Assembly: GCF_006345805.1 (NCBI RefSeq)
Contig: NC_043007.1
Coordinates: 49,290,001 to 49,354,000 of the forward strand
Reading direction: 5' to 3'
Length of the DNA: 64,000 nt
Source: Octopus sinensis
Taxonomy: Eukaryota
Position numbers and translations under genes: made by a program
Shown: in pieces, positions 52,762 through 64,000 of the stretch
Layout of the letters: each line of letters starts with the position of its first letter
Position numbering within the stretch: position 1 is the stretch's first letter
The notes under the pieces: model-generated
What the model was told of the DNA's origin: nothing
What the model saw: the letters and a program-made list of their open reading frames with translations, nothing else
The model's database searches: none

Positions 52762-54096
52762 CTCGCGTATATGTAAGTGCGTTTAGATCTGTACATGTGT
52801 ATGTAGCTAAGTATGTGTAGCTGTTTGCAGTCATGTGTGCAGATGTCTATATAAGCATGATTGTATGCATAACACAGTAGCTTTTAATTTGATATACCTT
52901 TATTTAGTTACGTTGTAACTTACATTGTACGTTCAAATCTCTCTAGGTTCGCTTTGTCATTTATTCTTCAAGAGCTGATAAAATAAATACCAATTAGGAA
53001 TTGAACAGATTTTATTGAATTTACCTTCCCACAAGATTGGAAACCTTGTGTCCTGCGAAAAATTAATAATAATTCCTAAGATATTTTCAGCACACGATAT
53101 TCGATGCAAGTTTCACAATGGAAATAGAGAGGACATCAATATTTACTGATTTTAAATTTGTTGTATCATAGGATTGTGCACATGATCCACTTGTGATTTC
53201 TAAGTGGCAAAACGTGGGGTCGAATCCAACTGTTATAACATTAAATAATGTACGCAAAATTTTCCATTGAACGAGTATTGTTGTCTGAGAGCATATTTAA
53301 GATAGGTTATTGTCCGAAGTCCGCTTCTCCCATGAACCATACTCCCACCAGATCCAGTGAAATTGTAGTAGTCGACAATAGAATAGAATGGAAATCGCGC
53401 GAAATAACTTGGGTGACACCATATTTACATTCCTTTCGGATATGAGCTCCACTGTAGGCGGGGATAGACAAAGAAAGAAGTAATAAAGTGCCATCATTTA
53501 TTTTACGATCATATCCCCCATCGACCTCATTTTACTCACTATACCAGTCACCTGTAGATTTATATCTAAATTATTTTGGGGTGAATAAAATAATCATAAA
53601 ATTCCATATATTTCTTAAACCAAACATCAGCGGTCTCAGTTTCCACCATACTCGTCATATAAATGTACCGTGCTTTCGCTGACTCTTTTGGGTGTCTATG
53701 AGAGACACTCTCTGGGCCCTCCACACTTGGCTCAGCGAAGATAGAGGATGTGACAGTCGAAGTGTGGTAGGGCTGCACCAGCACTTGGCTGGTATTCGTT
53801 TTCAGCTGTAGGAATGACGCAGCGTGAAATGGCGTGCTTTACTCAAAACAAATTTATCAAAGTTTATCGCAGTAAAAACGGGAATGTACACTGTATTCTC
53901 ACTATATTGCGAGATATTTGTCTGTCTATCTATTTGTCTTTCTGATTTGGTAAAAGAAAATCGCGCGAATACATTCATTCAGTCATTAACCTTCTCATCA
54001 TCTGAAGAATTTCACCTGTTTTCATCCTCAGAGTCATAAATTTAGCTTCACGATGAAGAAGTCCAGTTTAGACCGAAATGCTATATATGATCGGAA

Positions 54097-54266
<170 letters not shown>

Positions 54267-54666
54267 TTATTATTATAGGCGACATGGCAGAATTGTTAGC
54301 ACGCCGGCCAAAATGCTTAGCGGCATTTTGTCCGCTTTTGCGTTCTGAGTTCAAATTCTACTGAGGTCGACTTTGCCTTTCATCCTTTCAGGCCCGATAA
54401 AATAAGTACCAGTCAAATACTTCGATGTTCGACTTACCTTCTTCCACCAAATTATGGCGGCGAGCTGACCGAATCGTTAGCGCACCGGGCGAAATGATTT
54501 GCGACACTTCGTCTGTCTGCATGTTCTGTGTTCAAATTCCGCCAAGGTCAACTTCGCCTTTAATACTTTCGGGGTCGATAAATTAAGTACCAGTGAAACA
54601 CTGGAGTCGATGTAGTCGACTAGTCACCTCCCCACAAAATTTCAGGCTTTGTACCTAGTAGAAACG

Positions 54667-54732
<66 letters not shown>

Positions 54733-55345
54733 GACTAAATAGATAACTTGAGCATAAATTCATGGATGAATTTTTATTATTTTTGCTACGATGTAACTGA
54801 ATAATGAAATGGTTTTCTCCACTTATTAAAGTCTTTCGCCCACCTTCAATGTGTTTTCTGCTACTGCTTGCAAATTTGGTTCCGATTCCTTTCGTCAGAA
54901 GACGATGGATTGGTACTGTTGTTGCTAGTTATGGTAGGGAGACTGTTTACATAGTTATCGTTTTTTTAGATCGGGCCTGAGTTGATTTCTTCCACTTTCA
55001 TAGATGGGACAGAGTGTTTTGTCAACGTTTGCATCTGAAACCTGAAACGAGGAACAACTTTCGGCCATTTCGGATCTGCAACCGGTGCAACCAGAACATC
55101 AGCCTGAAAAACCCTGATCAGTCTTCAAGTGGCTTTTGCTGTCACAAGTATAACAACTGGGTTTTCTATCCTACATCATCAGTCATATTGCCTTAAACCC
55201 AGAGCCAACAAGGTATAGATTCTAGATTAGCATTGTGGGCCTTAAGGCTAGCATGTCAATGTTGATCACCTTCCAACCACGTAGGATTTCTCTTTATCCA
55301 TACGTTTAGTGTCAAACGAAGGGCCACAATCATTTGCTATACCTC

Positions 55346-56210
55346 TAATGGTGACAAAATGTTCCGGGACTTGTTCTGTATCGCGCCAACAGATGACAGC
55401 ACATGGTTGCGTGCACAATGAGAGCTAGCAGTGACATAGATAAGTCAGTGTGCCGAGTGACATTGCTATGTTTACTTCGCAAATTGTGAGATTTGTGTCT
55501 TTGTTATCACGTATATGCTGTAGTCTGAGAAAGACCCAACGTGAAATTTTGCGTTAAACCTGGAAAGGCAGCTACAAAAAACATTGAGCATATTTTGGCA
55601 AGCTTACTGCAACGAGGCAATGGTTCGTACGCAATGCTTTGAGTGGTACTGGAACTTCGAAAGGGGAAGAACGACCTAGGAAGATTATGAGCAATCTAGA
55701 AGACCTGCTACAAGCGTCATCCAAGAAAAGTGGTATTGTACATCGAGAATTCGCCCCACAGTGCGACACCGACAATCGAGAGTTCTACTGCGAAGTTTTG
55801 AAGCTTTTGAGGGAGGGCATTCGGCAAAATCGACCGGATCTGTGGAAAGCGAAGAATTGAATTCTTTATGACGACAATCCACCCTGTCACCGAGCTCTCC
55901 TCACTCGTGAGTTTCTCACCAAAAGAAACATGGTATTGCTTCTGCACCCGCCTCATTCACCAGATTTGGCACCTACGGCTCAGAGGTCGCCGTTTTAACA
56001 CCATTGTCGAAATCCAGAGCAAATCGCAGAAGGTCTCAGACTCGCTTACGGAAAACGACTGGATTCCAAAAAATAGCAGGAACGCTGGGATCGGTGTATT
56101 GCTGCGCAAGGTGACTATTTCGAAGAAGATGATGTTAAAACTTAGGTAGATGAGTTATATTTTTTATTCAATATAACTAGTCCCGGAATCTTTTTGATAA
56201 GCACAAGCAT
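55346..56210 (+). mobile_element. Mariner deletion derivative in SLC22 intron 1
   Basis: Imperfect TIR core caaaa.gttccgggact at both ends. Motifs GIVHREF..., LREGIRQNRPDLW, YDDNPPCH and HPPHSPDLAP. Confidence 0.8.
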
Positions 56211-56559
56211 ATGAGTCAGTATTTCGCGCACAATCTCTGTTTGTGAATGTCAGGTTTTTGGCTCCGTAGGCTTTTCCTTTTTTTTCTGCGTATAAGACAT
56301 TCACCCAGATAGCTGTCAAGTCTCCCTTAATCATTTAAGGTATCCTTTTTTTGCCACGAATAGATATACACACGCTCTCGGCCTTCCCACCTTTAACCAG
56401 AGAAACATCTTATGATGGCTTCAGTGAAAACCTCCTCTCTTTGTAAGACAGTGCAGTGAGCAATGTCCGCGCTCAAGAATTCATAACAACACAAAACATA
56501 TTTTATACGTGAACTTGTTGTTCGACGATATTCAGAAAAAAGAACGCTAACACTAGTGA

Positions 56560-56990
56560 TGTTTGACATGTGGAAACCTGAGACGAGACACCGAATCACT
56601 AATTATAGACACAAAAGAACAAGCCATTAGACCAAACTTGATACAAAGAGTTATAAATCTTATGAGAGTGTAAATACAGAATATGTGGAAAAGGGGACGA
56701 AAGTATTAACCATTTCGAAACTAAGTACAGTAAACTAGTATAAAGAGATTTTCAATGCAGGCATGGCTATATCTATGAAAGAGTACAGTAAGATGTTAGC
56801 TAAGTGTGTGAATTTAAAATGATGGGAAAATGGTATAAATATGCTTCAGTTCCAGTATGGTGAATGATAACTTCAGTATTTATGGGATTTCTCCATAAAT
56901 ACAGACAATACTACAGCAGTAACAAGACCAGGTACGACTATACAAGGCAAAAGGAACAAATGGTGTAAGAAAGATTATTGAAATTTGAGG
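56560..56990 (+). mobile_element. Decayed R4/Dong-like LINE 3' fragment
   Basis: Broken KEQAI.., YRICGKGDESINH, ..WDF..QT...RP motifs spread over several frames. Confidence 0.5.
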
Positions 56991-57938
56991 AACCTTGTCT
57001 CCCCAAATCTCTGCTTAATAATTTAGCTTATAATAGCTTTGTTATTATATTTTTTCTAACTGTCGCACGAGAAATTTTGATGGAAGTGGGACAAGTAGAT
57101 TACACCGACCCCGGTAATTGACAGGTACTTTATTTTATCGACTCCGAAAACATGAAACGCAAAGCTGACCTTGGAACAATTTGAACTCAAGATGTAAAGA
57201 GACTGAAAAAATACCACAAAGCATGTTTTTTCCCTGGCGAACTAATGATTCTGCCTACTCACTGTCCTAATACTTTCTGAACTAGATATAAGACCGACAG
57301 TTATGTAAGCAGGAAGTTAGTCTATTACATCGATCCCAGTAATTGACTGGTACTTTATTTTATCGATCTCGAAAGAATGAAAGATAAATTTAACGTTGAC
57401 GATATGTAAAATCAGAATGTAACGTGCCGCAACGGAATAAAGCAAAGCGTTTTGTCCGACGGTCAAGATATTCTACAAGGAAGACAACATTACACGCAGT
57501 CAAAACGTTTACTGTTTGGCGCAAACCGCACTCCAAATAACATTTTCACTCTCATATCTAAAATAACACAAAACACTATGAAATTATCACTCAATGAAAT
57601 AACACAATACATACCCTTATGTAAGCGATACCAGACTCTATTACACCCACAGGCTACTTCAATTTTTACATTACGAGAAGGCGGTTAGCAAAGAGAATTA
57701 ATATTTTTTAAAAAGAGAAATAAATTAAATTTTATGGTACGGATCCAGTCTATTATTCTGTACACATCCAGGAATAGAATGCTTTGAGATGATTGGAGAC
57801 GAAACTGAGGAAAACGCAGTAGTTTCATATTTGAAGATGGGGTTAAAAATCTGAGAAAATTATAAGACTACTTATCTCAGACATTTTGACATAAAATAAA
57901 AGGAACTTTAAATTTAAGAAATAGCATTTTCTTTTCAG

Positions 57939-58135
57939 GTTACACTCCAGATCATCAATGCAAGGATCTCTCGGAGGAACAGCTGTCCATATACAACGTG
58001 ACGTCATACGATGACATCAGTTATGAGAAGTGTCACATTAACATATTTCGTGGCTTGAAAAATATTACAGATGAGCTCTCCTGTATTAATGGACACAAAT
58101 ACTCAGCAAATAAAGATATCTCTTATGTGATAGAG
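57939..58135 (+). CDS. SLC22-family transporter, coding exon 2 (large extracellular loop)
   Basis: Acceptor ttttcttttcAG, donor GAG|GTAAG, 197 nt (phase 1 to phase 0). Reads (G)YTPDHQCKDLSEEQLSIYNVTSYDDISYEKCHINIFRGLKNITDELSCINGHKYSANKDISYVIE: the P-x-H-x-C motif, three Cys and two N-glycosylation sequons (NVT, NIT) typical of SLC22 loop 1. Confidence 0.92.
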
Positions 58136-58845
58136 GTAAGAATGTTGATAATTTAGATCTTATTTCCCCTACACCTCTCTTCCTTTCTGTCTCATTAACA
58201 CATCTGCTTTCAGACATATCTTTCAACAGTTAAAATTATATTAGATATTGAAAGAGAAATGTTTTTGCTGTGTAGCGACCAGACAACCCAGATCGAGTAT
58301 TTCTGTTTAAATCATTCTCATCATGATCAATCAGAACTTTACTAAAACGTAGTTTATCTAGGAATATAGTTATCCAATAGTTAATATAGTTATATAGGAA
58401 TATAATTATAGTTATCCCTTCATATTTTTAAAACGGTATAGTGTGATTTGAGGGAGGTTAGTCTGCTATTTCTAACAGGAGATTAGATTACAGAGAGGGT
58501 TCGTCGTTAGCTTTGTCATACTGAAGGAGTTTCCTGTCGTTTTCTCCATTTGGAACAGGTTCCCAAACTACCTGAATACGAGGCTGGTCATATTCTCCGG
58601 TCCCTACTGCTGATACTTTCATTCCTCTACAGAACTTAACTCTTCTATGGGAAATATCCAAAGACCAACACAACTGAATTTTCACGAATGGACAACCCAA
58701 GTAAACACTTATGGCCTTTTCTTTATGAAGTTTTTTTTGTTACTATGGATACCGGGTTCGAATCGACTACACACTGGTCTGGGGAATTGTTTCGGCTTGG
58801 CCAATAATTGAGTAGAAGTGGGTTTGCTCTAACACTAAGGAAACC

Positions 58846-58884
<39 letters not shown>

Positions 58885-59059
58885 ATAATTACATATATAG
58901 ACATGACAGAAGTAAATAGACAATCGTTCAAATTATTTAAATCTGAAATTATAATTTCAAATTATTTATTGATTATTTATTAATTATTATATATCTAATA
59001 TTTAGTAGACATTTTCAATGCAAGAACCCATGATACTGATCAGATGACGAATATTCTCT

Positions 59060-59860
59060 TGAAGAATTTTTTGCCAAGTTTCATACAGTAATCTCAAAAG
59101 TCTCGCTTTGAGGACGCTTTCTTGTTCTTTCTATGAAGTGTCCTGTCCATTATGCCCCAGGGGTATTCACTTTTTATCTAGTGACAGGCTTGGCCATGGA
59201 AGCTTTTTAATACCACTGTCTTCCAACCAATCTTGGGTCATTTTAGGCGTGTGTCAAGGAACCCTGTCTTCCACAAATAACGAGTCTTTGGTAATCATTT
59301 TACCACTAGAGAAGATGGAACGAGTCCTTTCCGCAATATAGACGAATATTTATCTGAGTTTATGTTTCCCTTACACTCCATCAGTTCTGTTCAAAATTGC
59401 TCCCCAAAGCATCACAGAATAGCCACCGTATTTCATAGTTTGCTGTAATCTTTTCATGTAAAATTTTTGAGTTTCCAGACCCGCTCGCGACCACTGCCAG
59501 AAAATACAGCAAATCTAGACTTATCAGAGAATATGACTGTCCCGAAATTCTAGTGGCCTCTTCACCATCTCACTGGCCTAATCTTTTCTCTGCTTGATAT
59601 TGGCTTGTTGAAGAAATGGCTTCCTTCTTTCTGCTCTACTATAGTAGCCAAATTGTAGAAATATCTGACAGCTTTTCTGGGACTGACATCAATTTGTTCT
59701 TTTATGCCAGATGCCTTGCAATGAAGATTTTCCTCCACACTTTTCTTACGTTAATTCCATCTTTAGATTGACCCACAACAAGGCCTCTTTGAAATTCGGA
59801 CAGTTCCAAAGCTTCTTTGTACGTGGCATGATTAAAGAGTCGCATGTTGAACACGAAACA
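59060..59860 (-). mobile_element. Decayed Tc1-like relic in SLC22 intron 2
   Basis: Minus-strand remnants resembling Tc1 C-terminal motifs (W...S.D...IE..W, RL..L..SF.RR...VI). No TIRs recognised. Confidence 0.4.
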
Positions 59861-59923
59861 TAAAAATATCAATTAACAAATCAATGAACATAAAATTATC
59901 ATTATTTACTTGTCATGTCTGTT

Positions 59924-59975
<52 letters not shown>

Positions 59976-60218
59976 TAACACCTGTAAGCAAGTCAAGCTC
60001 ATAAGATGATTGTTAATTCTTTTTGTCATTTTCTTTTTGGTATATATATGTGGCTGTGTGGTAAGATGCTTGCTTCCAAAGCACGTAGTCCCGGGGGTCA
60101 GTGCCACTATGTAACGCCATCAGCAAGTATCTACTTCTATAGCCACGGGCCGACCAAAGCTTTTTGAATGCATTCGGTAGACGGAAAATGAAAGCAGCCT
60201 GTCGCATATATATATATA

Positions 60219-63200
60219 TTATAAAATACGGGCAAAAGAAAAATTCTAATGCCAAATATGCCGAAAATAGACAAATTCTCAATAACCATTATAATTTATG
60301 CGTCTCGAAACAAGCCGATAGAAATTTCTAAAAAATTCCGTTATTACCGTATTGGTCCCAATTTCAGAGTTAATTCATAAGAATTTTCTCCTCCTCAGCG
60401 ATAAATACATAAGACATAAATGAAATACTTACTCATACTCATGGAAAAAGCAAACACTAAGTCCTGAGCAGAACTAAGTACCCCAAATATATCCAAAATA
60501 GAAAATCTTTAGCACATCTCGAGACACGTGTGATTCGAACTAGAAACTTTCAATGAGTGAGAGAGTCCGGAAGTGAACACTATTAAATTTACTTCTAATG
60601 TAGGATAAAATTTTTTCGAAAAAAAAAATTTCATCAATGGGCAGCATATTAAAAAATAACTTTAAAGGTTAAATTTATAAATAACTTATAAAATAAGGGC
60701 AAAAGAAAAATTTTAATGCCAAATATGCCGAAAATAGACAAATTCTCAATAACCATTATAATTTATGCGTCTCGAAACAAGCCGATAGAAATTTCTAAAA
60801 AATTCCGTTATTACCGTATTGGTCCCAATTTCAGAGTTAATTCATAAGAAAATTTCTCCTCCTCAGCGATAAATACGTAAGACATAAATGAAATACTTAC
60901 TCATCCCACGATGATAAGTGAAATACTGAACGAACAATTCGAAAGTGTGTTCACTACACCTCTAGGACACAGGCAAGTAAACAACCCAGAAGAATTCTTT
61001 GCCACTTTACCTGCGGTCGAAGAGGCAAAAATTGAGTACATCAACATCGAAGATGATGATATCACACTAGCCATAGATGAGATTGACACAAACTCAGCTG
61101 CTGGACCTGATGGATTCCCAGCGATCCTTCTCAAATCGTGCAAACGAGCCCTTGCAAAACCGCTACAGCTTCTTTTTCAGAGCTTTCTTGCAAGTGGTAA
61201 GCTCCCAGTCAAATTGAAAGAGGGGGCAATATGCCCTATCCATAAGGGAGGTAGCAGAGCAGATGCTAAAAATTATAGGCCTATCTCTCTGACCTCACAC
61301 ATCAGCAAAGTCATGGAACGAATAGTCCGTAAGAAACTAATCATGTTCCTTGAAGAAAATGACTTGCTGTCTGACACCCAGAATGGATTTCGACCAGGTA
61401 GAAGCTGCCTAACACAGCCCCTGCAACACTATGACTGGGTGTTGAAACAGCTACTAAATGGCGCAAATGTGGATGTAATATATCTCGACTTTGCAAAAGC
61501 CTTTGATAAAGTCGACCATGGTATGATCTGTCACAAATTGCGTGGTCTCGGCATAGGCGGAAAACTTGGAGAGTGGCTGCACAACTTCCTAAAAGACAGA
61601 AAGCAATGGAGCCACCTCCAAGGAAACACAAATAACAAGCGGTGTCCCACAGGGCACTGTCTTGGGGCCACTGATGTTCATAGTGGCCCTTTCAGACATG
61701 CCTTCAGTTGCTACGATGACCACCCTTGCTAGCTATGCAGATGACACAAAAGTCTCCTACTCAATACAAAACCCTGAAAATATTGCACATCTGCAACAGG
61801 AGTTGGACACAATATACAGGTGGGCTGAGGACAACAACATGCAGTTTAATGCAGGTAAGTTCCAGGCCCTGCGCTACCGGCACACAAAGGTAAACGACGT
61901 GCAGACTGGATACACTGGCCCAGGAATAATTGCAATCGCTGAGTCAAAATCAGTGCGTGACCTGGGCATTGACATAAGCAATGATGCCTCTTTCCAAGTG
62001 CATATTACTAATCTGGTGATAAAATGCAGACGGCTAGCTGGATGGATTCTCCGAACTTTCAGAACAAGAGAGAAGGAGACACTGATGGTCCTATGGAAAA
62101 CATTCGTCCTCAGTCGCTTGGACTACTGCTCCCAACTATGGTCACCACACAATATAAAACTAACAGCAGAACTCGAAGCAATTCAGAGAAGCTACACAAA
62201 GAAAATCGTCTCAATGCAAAATATCAGCTACTGGGAAAGACTGAAAGTATTAAACCTCTTCTCCCTAGAGCGGAGGCGGGAGAGATATGCGGTGATTAAC
62301 ATCTGGAAAATCCTGGAGGGTCTTGTCCCAAACTTTGGCATTCAAAGTTACCCCAACCGCAGAACGGGGCGCCACTGCATGGTGCCAAAGATTCCAACAT
62401 CACCATCAAAATACAGGTCCAGATACTGCAACAGCTCGGGTTTCAGAGGACCACAGCTCTTTAACATCCTCCCTAAATGCCTGAGAGACTTACATGGTGT
62501 GGATGTGGGTTTTTTTAAAACTAAACTGGATCTCTTCTTGTCGGGAGTCCCAGATGAACCTACCTCACGACAGGAGACGCAGATGCGGGCAGCAGCATCG
62601 AACTCCCTTGTTGATCAAGTGCCACGTATCAGAGGTGGATTCACATATTAGTGTAGCTCATTCAGCGGTGGTGCCCCAGCATGGCCGCGGCCTTCGGGCT
62701 AAAACATTTTTAAGGATTTAAGGATTTAAGGATACTCATGGAAAAAGCAAGCACTAAGTCCTGAGCAGACCTAAGTACCCCAAATATATCCAAAATAGAA
62801 AACACGTGTGATTCGAACTAGAAACTTTCACAGAGTGAGAGAGTCCGGAAGTGAACACTATTAAATTTACATATAATGTAGGATAAAATTTTTCGAAACA
62901 AAAATTTATCAATGGCCAGCATACCTTTAAAGGTTAAATGTATAAATAACTTATAAGACATACTGAAGATTATCTATTTTGGATATATTTGGGGTACTTA
63001 GGTCTGCTCAGGACTTAGTGCTTGCTTTTTCCATGAGTATGAGTAAGTATTTCATTTATGTCTTACGTATTTACCAATACGGTAATAACGGAATTTTTTA
63101 GAAATTTCTATCGGCTTGTTTCGAGACGCATAAATTATAATGGTTATTGAGAATTTGTCTATTTTCGGCATTTTTGGCATTAACATTTTTCTTTTGCCCT

Positions 63201-63297
63201 TATTTTATAAGTTATTTATAAATTTAACCTTTAAAGTTATTTTTTAATATGCTGCCCATTGATGAAATTTTTTTTCGAAAAAATTTTATTCTACATT

Positions 63298-63300
<3 letters not shown>
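60219..63300. repeat. 467-bp tandem duplication plus inverted partial copy (62968-63300), interrupted by a CR1
   Basis: gggcaaaagaaaaatt recurs at 60230 and 60697. Unit 2 continues after the CR1 at 62733. The segment 62968-63300 is the reverse complement of ~60593-60904 plus 62733-62800. Confidence 0.92.
60905..62732 (+). mobile_element. CR1-clade LINE, 5'-truncated, young-looking
   Basis: ORFs 60911-61732 and 61662-62651: AAGPDG, NYRPISLTS, QNGFRPGRSC, YLDFAKAFDKV, GVPQGTVLGP (spanning one frameshift) and YADDTK. The 3' end is (TTTAAGGA)3; no real TSD. Confidence 0.95.
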
Positions 63301-63350
<50 letters not shown>

Positions 63351-63841
63351 CCTTTTTCCTTTCCTTTTCTTAAATTTTCTTTCTATTTTTCTTCTATGTG
63401 ACCTTTGCCATAGAACCGTTCTGAAGACGTCTATCAACTGTAACGAGGTAAATTCGAATTTACCTCAGCTTGATATGCAGAAACAGCTGCAAACATACTC
63501 TCATCTTAATTAAATAATGACCAATGATCCACTTCCCGCTGTAAATTGCTCCGTTTCTTATCCCCCCTGTCTCTCTTTCTCTCTTTCTTTCTGTATATAT
63601 ATATATATATATATATAGTTAACATGTCACGTAATGGAACTGAATCCATTACATGTAGTCGGGAAGCAAACATCTTACAAGTTTCTTAGTTTGTAATTTT
63701 GCTGATGCTCTCTTTGACTTATCTTGTTCTTATCATCATCCAGATATCTTTTAAATTTCAATATGTTTTTCTATTACATGTATTTTTGGCATAAAATCGA
63801 AAACTATTACGTATCTCTCACTTCCTTTGTTTTCGTTACAG

Positions 63842-64000
63842 TGGAACCTGGTTTGTGATAAAGAAGGCTTGGCGGAATTAACACAATCTTTATTTACTGC
63901 AGGCCAAGGAGCTGGTGCTTTGATATTTACGGCCTTTGCAGATAAAATAGGTCGGAAACCAGTTCATGTTGGCTGTACATTTTTCCTCATGCTATGTGCG
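63842..64000 (+). CDS. SLC22-family transporter, coding exon 3 (runs off the window)
   Basis: Pyrimidine tract plus acAG acceptor, phase 0. Reads WNLVCDKEGLAELTQSLFTAGQGAGALIFTAFADKIGRKPVHVGCTFFLMLCA: the SLC22 W-x-LVC motif with the fourth loop Cys, TM2, and MFS motif A (ADKIGRK). Confidence 0.95.

Overview
This is AT-rich, microsatellite-dense eukaryotic genomic DNA. The SINE families and (TA)n/(TTA)n load suggest an octopod cephalopod; this is an inference, not a database result. About 50 kb is a graveyard of nested, decayed transposons: mariner/Tc1/DD41D, two hAT elements, a Helitron, a Chapaev-3-like element, Penelope-like elements of two lineages, L1/Tx1, CR1, HERO-like and several R4/Dong-like LINEs, plus tRNA-derived SINEs and MITEs. 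The only host gene I can support is the 5' part of an SLC22 (MFS organic cation/anion transporter-like) gene on the + strand. Its three coding exons (50671-50812, 57939-58135, 63842->64000) were missed by the ORF track but splice in frame. Points worth a second look: (1) a decayed second copy of the SLC22 N-terminal coding motif about 190 bp upstream of the start codon; (2) a cluster of co-oriented R4/Dong LINEs plus a ~590-bp non-coding element embedded in (TTA)n arrays; (3) a Naiad-type Penelope ORF with long Asn-rich linkers whose frame is restored exactly when the nested Helitron is removed; (4) long intronic inverted repeats that could form dsRNA. I found no CRISPR, rRNA, true tRNA gene or prokaryotic system, and I cannot claim a wholly new biological system.
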